From Thermoanaerobaculia bacterium (GTDB taxonomy: Bacteria > Acidobacteriota > Thermoanaerobaculia > Multivoradales > UBA5704), in contig JBIOVX010000245.1 in NCBI GenBank assembly GCA_044868005.1, forward strand, positions 44,939 through 108,938: a DNA stretch of 64,000 bases, given 5' to 3'. Below the pieces are notes generated by a model. The model had not been told where the DNA came from. It was given only the letters and a program-made list of their open reading frames with translations, and ran no database searches. The position numbers and the translations under genes are program-made. Each line of letters begins with the position of its first letter. Position 1 is the stretch's first letter. Below, one piece after another: positions 1-10,041 of the stretch.

Positions 1-1165
1 GGCTTGCCACCTGCGCGAAGGCCTGGGCCGGAGTATCCGGCGCCGCCGCGGCGAGCCGCCGCAGCTCGGGATCCTCCAGGTTCAGCAGCAGCGCCCGGTG
101 GCGCCGGCCGAGGCGCAGCAGCGACTCGCGGAGGAGCTCGGCCGCCGCGAGGTCCACGACGGAAGTGAAGAGCACGGCGGTGGCGCTGCGGGACTCGACG
201 GCGAAGGCGGCTTCGGCCGCGAGGTCGAAGGCGGGCTCGGCGAGCTGGGCCTCGACGCCGTAGAGCGCCTCGTAGGCCAGGCCCACGCCGCGGCCGCCGG
301 ACCGCACGCGCACGGTGCGCAGCACGCGGTCGGCGAAGGCGATGAGGGTCACCTGATCGCCGCGCGCCGCCGCCACCCTCGCGAGAGCCAGGGTCGCCGC
401 CACCGCATAGTCGAGCTTGCTGCGGCTGCCGTCCATGGAGGCCATGGCGCGGGCGCAGTCGAGCAGGACGATCAGCCGTCCGCTGCGCTCCCAGGTCTCC
501 TCGCGGCTCACCGGCCGGCCATGGCGGGCGGTGGCCTTCCAATGGATCTTGGCGAGGGGATCGCCCGGCAGGTACTCGCGCAGGGCGTAGGGCTCGGTGC
601 CGGCGCCGTGGATGCGCAGGGGGATCTGCCCCATGCGCCGGCGCTGGGCGAGGATAAGGAGCTGGCCGGCGCGGCCCTCCCACCGCACCTGCGGATAAAC
701 GCGCACCGCCTCACCCGGCAGCAGCTCGCGCTGCGCCCAGGCGAGCTCCCATGGCCCCAGGACGCGGACGGTGAGCGGTCCCGTCCGGTGCTCGCCGCGC
801 CGCCGCGGCGTCAAGCTCCAGGTCCAGCGCAGCTCCCCGGGGCCGTGGATCTCCACCTGGCGGCGCAACGGCTGCTCGGCGAGACCCGGATGCAGGGTCT
901 CGCGCAGGAGAAGGGAGACCGGGCGCGCAGCCGTGGTCGCGACGCGCACCGCTACCTCCGACGGAGACTCCTGCACGAGGAGCGGCGGCCAGCTCCGGGA
1001 GGCCACGAGAGGCGTGCGGGCGGCGCGCCGGAAATCCACCAGCGTCGCCGCGGCCAGGATCGCGTCCAGCGCCAGCGCGGCCCAGGCCAGCCGCGGCTCG
1101 AGGAACGACGCCACCAGCAGGACGGTGATCAGGGCGAGGAGCTGGAAGCAGCGGGGGGCGGGCAT
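1..1165 (-). CDS. DUF58 domain protein (vWA-like), partial; C-terminus beyond window start
   Basis: Read manually on the minus strand from ATG at ~1165, 12 nt after the MoxR stop: [21 protein letters not shown]... It contains the DUF58 hallmark [32 protein letters not shown]. It is not in the ORF track because it runs off the window edge. It is the canonical partner downstream of MoxR. Confidence 0.8.
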   Translation of the reverse strand, partial: MPAPRCFQLLALITVLLVASFLEPRLAWAALALDAILAAATLVDFRRAARTPLVASRSWPPLLVQESPSEVAVRVATTAARPVSLLLRETLHPGLAEQPLRRQVEIHGPGELRWTWSLTPRRRGEHRTGPLTVRVLGPWELAWAQRELLPGEAVRVYPQVRWEGRAGQLLILAQRRRMGQIPLRIHGAGTEPYALREYLPGDPLAKIHWKATARHGRPVSREETWERSGRLIVLLDCARAMASMDGSRSKLDYAVAATLALARVAAARGDQVTLIAFADRVLRTVRVRSGGRGVGLAYEALYGVEAQLAEPAFDLAAEAAFAVESRSATAVLFTSVVDLAAAELLRESLLRLGRRHRALLLNLEDPELRRLAAAAPDTPAQAFAQVAS

Positions 1166-1177
1166 TCGCGAATCCCC

Positions 1178-2154
<977 letters not shown>

Positions 2155-2158
<4 letters not shown>

Positions 2159-3259
2159 GCGTTGGTCTCCGGTTTATTTGATCGCAATCTCGCCACCTCC
2201 CGCGCCAGCTCGACCAGCTCGCGGGAGCCGGCGCCCTCGGCGCGGCGCTCCAGCTCTTCCGGCAGCACGAGGTTACGGTCGAGCTCCCGCGCACGCCCGA
2301 GCAGCCGGCGCGCCGCCTCCCGGTGATGGCCCAGGCGGTGATGGAGCGCCCCGACCCCGAGCAGGAAGGAAGCCGCCGAGCCGGCCACCGCGGGCGGCTC
2401 GCTCCAGGCGGGCCCGAAGCGGCGGGAAAGCGTCAGCAGCGCGGCCAGGTAGAGAACGGCGAGGTGGAGGAGGATGAGGTCGAGCGTCCGTCCGAAGTCG
2501 GCGCTCTCCACCGCGCGGGCGGCCACCAGTCCGTGGTGATACTCGTCGAACGTCCACTCCTTCCCCAACCGGCGAAGCAGGGTCTCCAGCAGGGCCGCGT
2601 TGCCGGCGTTGGCCAGCCGGGCGTTGGCCAGTGCATCGGCGGGCAGGAGCCAGACCTGCCCCCGGCTGCCCCGGAAGCGCTCCAAAATGGCCACGGCAGG
2701 CGCGCCTTCGGGGGACGCGAAGAGGGGCTCGGAGCCTTTGGGAATCTCCGGCGCCCAGCGCGGCGCCCACACGCGGACCGGCTCGGCCTCAACGCCCGCG
2801 GCGGGACCCAGATCCCACTCCTGGCGGGCGAACCGCCGCCATTGGAACGGATTGAGAACAGGCTTCCGCTTCTCCTCCAAGGGCAGGCCGAGCGCCGTCA
2901 TCGCCACCATCTCCGGGGCGTTGCCGGTCATTCCGGAGTAGGCGAGCACGACGGTGCCGCCGCGGCGCAGGTGGGCCTCGAGCTGCTCGGCCGCCTCCAC
3001 CGAAATCCCACTCTGCCAGGGGAAGACGGTGACCAGCACGCCCTTCCCCTTGAAATGTTCCAACGACCGCGCGAGCAGCGTCACCCGCGCACCTCGGGCT
3101 TCGAGATAGCGCCGGGCCGCGAGCCAGCCGCCCGGCCCCCGCGAGAGCGCGCTGCCGCGGGCTTCTCCGCCGCGCGCGGCCACCAGGGCTCCGCCCACGA
3201 TCAGCAGGACGAGGAGCGCGAAGCCGAGGAACAGCCGGTTGCGCGTCGCCGTCCTCACG
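2155..3259 (-). CDS. DUF4350 domain protein
   Basis: The C-terminal 368 aa of track ORF 2155..3615. The Arg-rich N-terminal part is rejected. GTG start at 3259 overlaps the upstream stop as GTGA; the protein reads [23 protein letters not shown].. (TM helix then soluble domain). Position between DUF4129 and MoxR is typical. Confidence 0.7.
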
Positions 3260-3917
3260 ACAGGGCCTCCTCCAGCCCGCCGACGAGACGTCGCAGATCC
3301 TCCACGGCCGGCCGCCGCGGCCCATAGGTGAAGGCATCGAGGCGGCGGACGAAGTCCCGCAGATCCTCCCGCCGCGAGCGCGTCACCAGGTCGCGGCTGG
3401 TCCAGGCGGGCTCGGCCTGGCCGGCGGCCACCGAACGGGCCAGCCACCACCAGAGGGCCTCCAGCGCCTCGGCCACGCGCCCTTCCGCCAGGCGGCGCTC
3501 CAGCTCGGCGCGCCAGGCGGCGGCACTGCGGGCGGCGGGAGGGAGGGCGGCCTCGGAGACGCCCCCCTCGTCGCGCTTCGCCGTGCGCCGCCGCCAGCGG
3601 GAGAGAAACAGCCACAGGAGGAGGGCGACGGCGAGCGCCGCCAGGCCGAAGGCGATCGCCTGGTAGACCGGCCGCGGCAGGTTCAGCATCTCGGCGCCTT
3701 GGGCGAGCAGATCCAGCAAGGCCGCCCGCACGGTCCGGATGAGCTCCCCGAAATAGGACGCCTCGGGCGGCTCGGGCGTGCGCTCGACCGCGGTCTCCGC
3801 CAGCACGCGCTCGAGCACGGCCCGCTCGGCGGGGACGATCCGCACCTCGGCCGCCGCGGCGGCGCGAGGCAGCGTCGCCAACGCCAGCAGAAGGAGAACG
3901 AGCCGGCGCCTCAGAAC
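3255..3917 (-). CDS. DUF4129 domain protein; start uncertain
   Basis: C-terminal part of track ORF 3255..4163: ..RRRLVLLLLALATLPRAAAAAEV.. (signal/TM), then a TM segment AIAFGLAALAVALLLWLFL, then an Arg-rich segment and a TSRDLVTRSRREDL tail. No canonical start lies between the upstream stop (3911) and the signal peptide, so the start coordinate is approximate. Confidence 0.55.
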   Translation of the reverse strand, partial: VLRRRLVLLLLALATLPRAAAAAEVRIVPAERAVLERVLAETAVERTPEPPEASYFGELIRTVRAALLDLLAQGAEMLNLPRPVYQAIAFGLAALAVALLLWLFLSRWRRRTAKRDEGGVSEAALPPAARSAAAWRAELERRLAEGRVAEALEALWWWLARSVAAGQAEPAWTSRDLVTRSRREDLRDFVRRLDAFTYGPRRPAVEDLRRLVGGLEEALS

Positions 3918-4804
3918 GGCCGGTCTCCAGGAGAAGGGGGAGGGCCGGGGAACACCGAATCGATCTGCGAGCGGAGGTCCGAGCCCTCCTTGCGCCCGCG
4001 GGCGTCGAAGAAGAGAAGGGCGATGCCGAAGCAGACGTAGAGGTGCACGGCCGTGGTGGCGAGAGCGTTGAAGAACTGGCCGGGAACCTGGAGCCAGAGC
4101 CATCTGGGCATCCTCTGGACGATGTCTTCCCCCTGGCTGATGCTGCGGAACATGTCCACCCACATGGGAATCTGGAACGGCAGGCTCACCAGGAGACCCA
4201 CGAGATAGCCGAGCAGGCCGCCGACGAAGAGGAGCAGGAAGATCTTGACCAATGGAGTTTCCAGGAATTTCCGATCCGGATTGTGGCGGGTCAGCTCGGC
4301 GCTGCGGGAGAGCGCGTCCGTGCCGAACCTGCCTTCATCCACCATGACGGGCGGCACCAGGGAGAGCAGCGGACCGACGTAGATGGCGGGGAAGCAGCAG
4401 CAGAGGAACGAGATCAAGGTCGCCGCATACCACAGGAAGAGGGTGCCGAGCACCCGCGCCTGGGCGGTGAAGCGCCACGCCCGCCCCATGCTCACCGGCC
4501 GGCCGGAGAGCGCGTCGATAGCCGCCACCTGCATGGCGTTGTAGGCGACGATCATCACGCCCAGATACACCAGCGTCAGCAGGATCACCTCCGGGCTCCA
4601 GGGGGAGGCCGGTATTCCGGTGCTCTCGGTGGCGCGGGAGAACCACAAGGCCTGCGCCACCCCGATCGAGGTGGCGAGGAGGGCCACCGGGACCGCCACC
4701 GACGGGTAGATGGCGCGGAAGTGGCGGCGCGTCTGCCGCATCGCTTCGTCCAGCAGCAGGCGGAAGGGCATCGGGCCGGGAGGGCCAAAGCCGGGCTCAG
4801 TCAT
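3911..4804 (-). CDS. polytopic integral membrane protein, hypothetical
   Basis: 297 aa with multiple hydrophobic helices (VAVPVALLATSIGVAQALWF, LGVMIVAYNAMQVAAI, LFVGGLLGYLVGLLVSLPF). Co-oriented inside the MoxR-associated operon. Confidence 0.65.
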   Translation of the reverse strand: MTEPGFGPPGPMPFRLLLDEAMRQTRRHFRAIYPSVAVPVALLATSIGVAQALWFSRATESTGIPASPWSPEVILLTLVYLGVMIVAYNAMQVAAIDALSGRPVSMGRAWRFTAQARVLGTLFLWYAATLISFLCCCFPAIYVGPLLSLVPPVMVDEGRFGTDALSRSAELTRHNPDRKFLETPLVKIFLLLFVGGLLGYLVGLLVSLPFQIPMWVDMFRSISQGEDIVQRMPRWLWLQVPGQFFNALATTAVHLYVCFGIALLFFDARGRKEGSDLRSQIDSVFPGPPPSPGDRPF

Positions 4805-5759
4805 CGGCGGGCTCCAGTGGAAGAGGACGGCAAGCGGTGAACAGGAAGAGGCTCTCCAGAGCGAGCCCCAGGGTCACCTTCAGCGACACGGGCAACTGCG
4901 GCGCGGGAGAGACGAAGACCTCGACCAGCGCCAGCACCACGAACCAGGGGATACAGCCCAGCAGGACGGCGAAGGCGTCGCGGCCGGCATCGCGCACGGC
5001 CAGGGCGCGCGGGCGGTCCCCGGCCGCCACCAGCGCGCGGCCGATGGCGAGCCCCGCCGCCGAGCAGACGAGGATCAACGTCAGCTCGAGCGGCCCGTGG
5101 GCCGAGATGAACTCCAGCAGCTCGCCGGCCATCGAGTAGTGCAGGGTAACGCCGAAGATCGAGCCCAGCATCATGCCGTTGAGCAGGATCACGTAGAGGG
5201 GGACGAATCCGGCCAGGATACCGCCGCTCCAGGCCGACAGCGCCACCGAGATGTTGTTGGTGGCGATGCCGGAGGAGGAGATGGACGGCGGCACCGTGGT
5301 GACCAGAGACTCCGTCCAGAGCGTGCCCTCCTCCAGCTTCTGCAAGGCCTCCGGTCCGAGCATGCTCATGCCGAGCGCCGGCCGCAGCACGGCGACGATC
5401 AATCCCCAGGCTATCGCCAGCAGAAAGAGGGCGACCGCGAGCCCCAGCACGTCGAGATGGCGCTGGAAGGCGCGCGGGAAGGTGCGGGAGAAAAAGCCGA
5501 ACAGACTGGTGCGTTTCCTCCGCTCGCCGGTGAGCCGGCGCGTGCCTTCGAGCGCGAGCGACCGGAGACGGCCCGCCGCGGCCGTGCCGGGAAAGCGCGC
5601 CGCGGCGAGCGCGTGATCGTGCAGCACCTGGCGATAGCGCAGAGCCATCTCCTCCAGCTCTCCGTAATCGAGCCGCAAGCGGCCGCGCACGGCGGCGAGC
5701 TGCGCCTCGAAGCCTTCCCAGACGGGCCGCCGCAGGCGCACGAAACGCGCGTAATCCAT
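4797..5759 (-). CDS. stage II sporulation protein M-like (DUF95) membrane protein
   Basis: 320 aa with a cytoplasmic N-domain and a 5-6 TM core (LGLAVALFLLAIAWGLIVAVL.. ILAGFVPLYVILLNGMMLGSIF..). Overlaps the RDD stop as TGATG. Classic member of RDD/SpoIIM/DUF4129/DUF4350/MoxR/DUF58 clusters. Confidence 0.7.
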   Translation of the reverse strand: MDYARFVRLRRPVWEGFEAQLAAVRGRLRLDYGELEEMALRYRQVLHDHALAAARFPGTAAAGRLRSLALEGTRRLTGERRKRTSLFGFFSRTFPRAFQRHLDVLGLAVALFLLAIAWGLIVAVLRPALGMSMLGPEALQKLEEGTLWTESLVTTVPPSISSSGIATNNISVALSAWSGGILAGFVPLYVILLNGMMLGSIFGVTLHYSMAGELLEFISAHGPLELTLILVCSAAGLAIGRALVAAGDRPRALAVRDAGRDAFAVLLGCIPWFVVLALVEVFVSPAPQLPVSLKVTLGLALESLFLFTACRPLPLEPADD

Positions 5760-6454
5760 CAGCCCTCCTCCGCCTGCAGCGCGTGCCGCAGCGCCGCCAC
5801 CGGATCGCCGCGCGTGTCGACGCCGGCGAGCAGCTCGGGAGCGTCGCGCCGGATGCGGTCGAGGATGCGGTCGGCCATCGCCCAGGAAGTCGCCGTATCC
5901 TCCAACGTCGCCGCCCGGGCGAGAAACGACTCCACCGCCGCGAGCTCCCGCGGACCCCAGCCCGGCGGCACCCGGCCGAGCACGGGAGCCGCTTCCCGTC
6001 CGCGATCGTGGACCACCAGCGTGCCCGCGAGGCGGTCGCCCAGCCGCCGCGACAGCGGATCGACCGCCATCAGCGGCACGCCGAAGACGAGATCCACGGT
6101 GCGCACCAGGTTACGCATCATCAAAGCCCCCGCTCCCGCGCTGCCGCCTTCCGCCGTCACCACCCGCAGCCGCAGGGCCATCTTGCCCGGGGTGCGGCCG
6201 CCGGTGCCGATCTCGAAGCCCGCGAAGTAGCTCCACTCCAGGACGAACCAGCCGACGATGAAAAAGATCGCTCCCAGATCCCGCGACAGAGCGCCGATGG
6301 CGAACACGCTGAACAGTGCCCAGAGAATCATCAACCCCAGCAGGATCAGATAGTCGAGGAACGCCGCGAGCGAGCGGCTGCCGACGCTCGCCACCGGCAG
6401 CTCGAGACGGATGTTGTCCAGCCCCAGGATGCTCTCGTGCCCTAGATCGGCCAC
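5759..6454 (-). CDS. RDD family membrane protein
   Basis: RDD motif GGRTPGKMALRLRVV and TM helices. I prefer the GTG at ~6454 (GAGG 7-10 nt upstream). The track start at 6541 is also GTG and would sit inside a palindromic repeat arm. Confidence 0.7.
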   Translation of the reverse strand: MADLGHESILGLDNIRLELPVASVGSRSLAAFLDYLILLGLMILWALFSVFAIGALSRDLGAIFFIVGWFVLEWSYFAGFEIGTGGRTPGKMALRLRVVTAEGGSAGAGALMMRNLVRTVDLVFGVPLMAVDPLSRRLGDRLAGTLVVHDRGREAAPVLGRVPPGWGPRELAAVESFLARAATLEDTATSWAMADRILDRIRRDAPELLAGVDTRGDPVAALRHALQAEEG

Positions 6455-6496
6455 CGACGACCTCGCCCTTTCGATTCCGTAAGCGTATACCGGGTT

Positions 6497-6716
6497 CAGT
6501 CTGTCTGTGATCTCGGACGGTTCTGCCCTTCGAAGCCTCACCCCCTGTCCCCCTCTCCCTGACGGGCGAGGGGGGACGCCTGCGAAGGGGTTTTGCCGAA
6601 AAGGCGGCCCCTATTGGCAAGACTGGCTGTGAATCGTCCCCCCTCGCCCGTGAGGGAGAGGGGGACAGGGGGTGAGGCTTCGGAGGGCAGACCCAACCGA
6701 GATCTTCGACCAATTG
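6497..6716. repeat. ~220-bp near-perfect palindromic intergenic element (two ~80-nt inverted arms, ~60-nt spacer)
   Basis: rc(6497..6576) against 6637..6716: the first 56 nt have 2 mismatches (tcccccctcgcccgt[c/g]agggagagggggacagggggtgaggcttcg[a/g]agggcaga..), then ~80% identity for ~25 nt more. Lies between pcm and the RDD operon. Confidence 0.85.
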
Positions 6717-6727
6717 AACCGCGGCTC

Positions 6728-7462
6728 TTACCCCGGCGGCTCGCGCCGCTGCGCCTCGCCGGTCATGGGCACGAAGAGCACAGGCAGCACCCGCTTGCGA
6801 TCGAGGCCGCCGTCGCGGCGCTTGGTGATCACCCAGAGGTCCTGGTAGGCCCCGCCCACCGGGATGACCATCTTGCCGCCGGTCTTGAGCTGGCGCAGCA
6901 GGGGATCCGGGATGCTCGGCGGCGCGGCGGTGACGATGATGCCGTCGAAGGGAGCCGCCAAAGGCCATCCCTGATAGCCGTCGCCGATGCGCAGATGGAC
7001 GTTGTGGTAACCCAGCTCGTGCAGGGTGCGGCGCGCCCTTTCGCCGAGGAGCTTGACGATCTCGATCGAGTAGACCTCGGCTCCCATGCGCGCCAGGACC
7101 GCGGCCTGATAGCCCGAGCCGGTGCCGATCTCCAGGATGCGGTCTCCCGGCTGGACGTCGAGATGAGAGGTCATGAAGGCCACGATGTAGGGCTGGGAGA
7201 TCGTCTGGCCGGAGCCGATGGGGAGCGGCGTGTCCGCGTAGGCCTCGCTCCGCGCGCTCTCCGGCACGAAGAGGTGGCGCGGCACCGCGGCCAGAGCGGC
7301 GAGCACGCGGGGAGCCGTCACGCCGCGGGCCTGGATGTCCTCGATCATCCGCTGGCGAGCGGGGGCGAATTCGTCCTTCCGCGGCAGGGCGGCCGTCAGC
7401 CCGGCCGCGATCACGGCCAGGAGCAGCAGAAGCGGCAACACCCCTTTCCTACCGGCTGCCAT
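6728..7462 (-). CDS. pcm: protein-L-isoaspartate O-methyltransferase with N-terminal signal peptide
   Basis: 244 aa. PCMT motifs VLEIGTGSGYQAAVLA and ISQPYIVA. N-terminus MAAGRKGVLPLLLLLAVIAAGLTAALP looks like a Sec signal. Confidence 0.9.
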   Translation of the reverse strand: MAAGRKGVLPLLLLLAVIAAGLTAALPRKDEFAPARQRMIEDIQARGVTAPRVLAALAAVPRHLFVPESARSEAYADTPLPIGSGQTISQPYIVAFMTSHLDVQPGDRILEIGTGSGYQAAVLARMGAEVYSIEIVKLLGERARRTLHELGYHNVHLRIGDGYQGWPLAAPFDGIIVTAAPPSIPDPLLRQLKTGGKMVIPVGGAYQDLWVITKRRDGGLDRKRVLPVLFVPMTGEAQRREPPG

Positions 7463-8189
7463 CTTGCGCCCTTCCCTTCATCGGCGAGAGCCGGACCGGA
7501 ATGACGGCCCTCTTCTCGGTGCCCTGCGCGGTCTTCGTGATCACCAGGAGATCCTGGAAGAAACCGCCCACCGGCGCCACCATCTTACCGCCCACGCGCA
7601 ACTGGTCGAGCAGGGGCTTCGGGATCTGCGGCGGCGCCGCGGAGAGCAGGATGGCGTCGAACGGCGCCTTGTCGGGCAAGCCGCGGTAGCCGTCGCCCCA
7701 CCGCACCTCGACGTTGTGGTAACCCAGCACAGCGAGCCGCTTGCTCGCCTGGCTCGCCACCGGCTCCACGATCTCCACCGAGTAGACCTCGCGGGCGATG
7801 CGCGAGAGCACAGCCGCGTGATAGCCCGAGCCGGTGCCGATCTCGAGCACCTTGTCGCCGTGTTTCAACTCGAGCAGCGCGGTCATCAGCGCCACCACAT
7901 AGGGTTGATAGACCGTCCGCCCCTGGCCGAGCACCAGCGGCTGATCGCTGTAGGCCTGCTCGCGCAGCGACTCCGGCACGAAGAGGTGGCGCGGCACCTG
8001 CTCCATGGCGGCGATCACCTCCGGCTGGGTGATGCCCCGCTGCCGGACTTGCTGCTCCACCATCGAGCGGCGCAGCGTCTCGAAGCCGTCCGCCGCTCCG
8101 GCCGGCGCCACGAGCACCGCCACCGCGAGCCCCAGCGCGAGCCCGCGGCAGAGCGGGAAACGGCGGCCCCGAAGGGCGCTCCGTGTCAC
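7449..8189 (-). CDS. pcm: protein-L-isoaspartate O-methyltransferase paralog with signal peptide
   Basis: The C-terminal 247 aa of track ORF 7449..9005. GTG start at 8189 overlaps the upstream stop as GTGA. Reads VTRSALRGRRFPLCRGLALGLAVAVLVAPAGAADGF then VLEIGTGSGYHAAVLS, YQPYVVA. Confidence 0.85.
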   Translation of the reverse strand: MTRSALRGRRFPLCRGLALGLAVAVLVAPAGAADGFETLRRSMVEQQVRQRGITQPEVIAAMEQVPRHLFVPESLREQAYSDQPLVLGQGRTVYQPYVVALMTALLELKHGDKVLEIGTGSGYHAAVLSRIAREVYSVEIVEPVASQASKRLAVLGYHNVEVRWGDGYRGLPDKAPFDAILLSAAPPQIPKPLLDQLRVGGKMVAPVGGFFQDLLVITKTAQGTEKRAVIPVRLSPMKGRAQDGSR

Positions 8190-9874
8190 CGGGCGCTGCC
8201 CCTCTCGTAGACCACCTGGCCGTCCACCAGGGTGTAGTCGATCTCCGTGCGCGGGATCTCCGCCTCGGGAACCGTCATCGGATCGCGGGCGAACACCACC
8301 AGATCGGCGCGCTTGCCGACCTCCAGCGAGCCCACTTCCTTGTCGAGGAAGAGCGACCAGGCGGCGTCGAGGGTGAAGCCGCGCAGGGCCTCCTCGCGCG
8401 TCAGCCGCTCGCCGGGAAGCCAGCCGCCCGGCGGATTGCCCTGCAGGTCCTGGCGCGTCACGGCGGCGTAGAGCCCGAGCCGCGGGTCCGCGGACTCCAC
8501 GGGGAAGTCGCTGCCCAGGGCCAGCCGGCCGCCCGCCTTCAGCACCTTGCGCCAGGCGTAGGCCCCCGCCAGGCGCGCCTCGCCCACGCGGTCTCCGGCC
8601 CACGGCATGTCGGAGGTGGCGTGGGTGGGCTGCATGGACGCGATGATGCCGAGGCGGGCCATGCGCTCGATGTCCTGCAAGCGCAGCACCTGGGAGTGCT
8701 CCAGCCGGAAGCGCGCCTCCGGCCGCGGACCGCCGAGGGCCCGCTCCATGGCATCGAGAGCCACCACGCCGCCGCGGTCGCCGATGGCATGGATGCCGAC
8801 CTGAAAGCCCTTGGCGAGGGCGCGGCGCGAGACCTCCTCGAGATGCGGACCGCTGCTCACCAGCAGCCCGAGATTGCCGGGATCGTCGCTGTAGGGCTCG
8901 ACCAGCGCGGCGCCGCGGCTCCCCAGCGCGCCGTCGATGTACATCTTGACGCCGCGCACGTTGAGCCGCGCTTGCGGGTCGATCTCCGGCCCGCGCTCGA
9001 ACCAATGGGCCAGCAGCGCATCGTTGTCGGTGAGGAACAGGGAGGCCCGCAGCGGCAGCTCGCCGGCCTGCCGGAGAGCCACGTAGGCGCGGTAATCGCC
9101 GTCGCCGATCCCCATGTCCGTCACCCCCGTCAGGCCGAGCTCCACGCAGTGGCGCGCGGCCAGCCGCAGGGCGCGCTCGCGTTCTTCCAGAGAGGGCTCC
9201 GGCAGCTTCCCTCCCACGACGTCCATGGCGTTGTCGACGAGCACGCCGGTCGGCCGGCCCGCCGCGTCGCGCAGGAAGCGGCCGCCCGATGGATCCTGGA
9301 TGGCGGCGCCGATACCGAGGATCTCCATGGCGCGGGCGTTGACGAGCGCGGCGTGGCCATCAATGCGGGTCAGCCAGACTGGATGATCCGGCACCGCCGC
9401 CGACAGCGCCTCATGGGTGGGGAACGCCTTCTCCGGCCAGTCGTTCTGGTCCCAGCCCCGGCCGTTGATCCAGCTCCCGGCCGGCGCGCGTTGCGCCGCC
9501 TCGCGCACCCGCGCGACGACTTCCGCGTAGGAGGTGGTCCCCACCAGATCGACCTGCTGCAGCGACCGGCCCAGCCCCGCCAGATGCGAATGGGCGTCGA
9601 TCAGGCCCGGCGTGACGGCGCGTCCGCCGAGGTCGATGATCCGGGTCTGTTGGCCGCGGAGCTTCTCGGCTCCGGCGTCCGGACCTAGATAGACGATGCG
9701 TCCGCCGCGCACGGCGAGGCTCCCCTCGACCCGGCCCGGAGGTTGCACGGGATAGAACACGCCGCGCCTCAGAATGAGGTCGGCACCGTCCTCTGCAAAG
9801 GAAGGTCTCGGAGCACCTGCGACCGCCATCCCGAACAGCACAGCACACAGAACAGGCGTAAGCCTCAGAATCAT
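8186..9874 (-). CDS. amidohydrolase family protein (Amidohydro_3/YtcJ-like), secreted
   Basis: Start at ATG 9874 (M54 of the track ORF; GGGGAG RBS). Signal peptide MILRLTPVLCAVLFGMAVAGA. Metal-binding GLIDAHSHL and the Amidohydro_3 pattern throughout. Confidence 0.8.
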   Translation of the reverse strand: MILRLTPVLCAVLFGMAVAGAPRPSFAEDGADLILRRGVFYPVQPPGRVEGSLAVRGGRIVYLGPDAGAEKLRGQQTRIIDLGGRAVTPGLIDAHSHLAGLGRSLQQVDLVGTTSYAEVVARVREAAQRAPAGSWINGRGWDQNDWPEKAFPTHEALSAAVPDHPVWLTRIDGHAALVNARAMEILGIGAAIQDPSGGRFLRDAAGRPTGVLVDNAMDVVGGKLPEPSLEERERALRLAARHCVELGLTGVTDMGIGDGDYRAYVALRQAGELPLRASLFLTDNDALLAHWFERGPEIDPQARLNVRGVKMYIDGALGSRGAALVEPYSDDPGNLGLLVSSGPHLEEVSRRALAKGFQVGIHAIGDRGGVVALDAMERALGGPRPEARFRLEHSQVLRLQDIERMARLGIIASMQPTHATSDMPWAGDRVGEARLAGAYAWRKVLKAGGRLALGSDFPVESADPRLGLYAAVTRQDLQGNPPGGWLPGERLTREEALRGFTLDAAWSLFLDKEVGSLEVGKRADLVVFARDPMTVPEAEIPRTEIDYTLVDGQVVYERGSAR

Positions 9875-9954
9875 TTCGCTTTTCTCCCCGACTCGCCCCA
9901 CCCATGGCACGTCCTGGGGGGTGCAAAGTCCAAGCCATGGAAAACCCGTCTTGG

Positions 9955-10024
9955 GGTCCTGGGTCTTGCGTCTTGAAACTACCTGGAACTGTATACCCAA
10001 GACCCAGAGCCCAAGATCCAGGAC
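9955..10024. promoter_or_regulatory. imperfect inverted repeat in a divergent promoter region
   Basis: gtcctgggtcttgcgtcttg .. caagacccagagcccaagatccaggac. Lies between the divergent amidohydrolase (start 9874, -) and the TldD-like gene (start 10042, +). Confidence 0.4.
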
Positions 10025-10041
10025 GATATACACTCCCGCGG

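Noticed and set aside
9880-9905. TGGCAC..TGCAA sigma-54-like match near the amidohydrolase start
   Set aside because: GG to GC spacing is 15 nt instead of 10.
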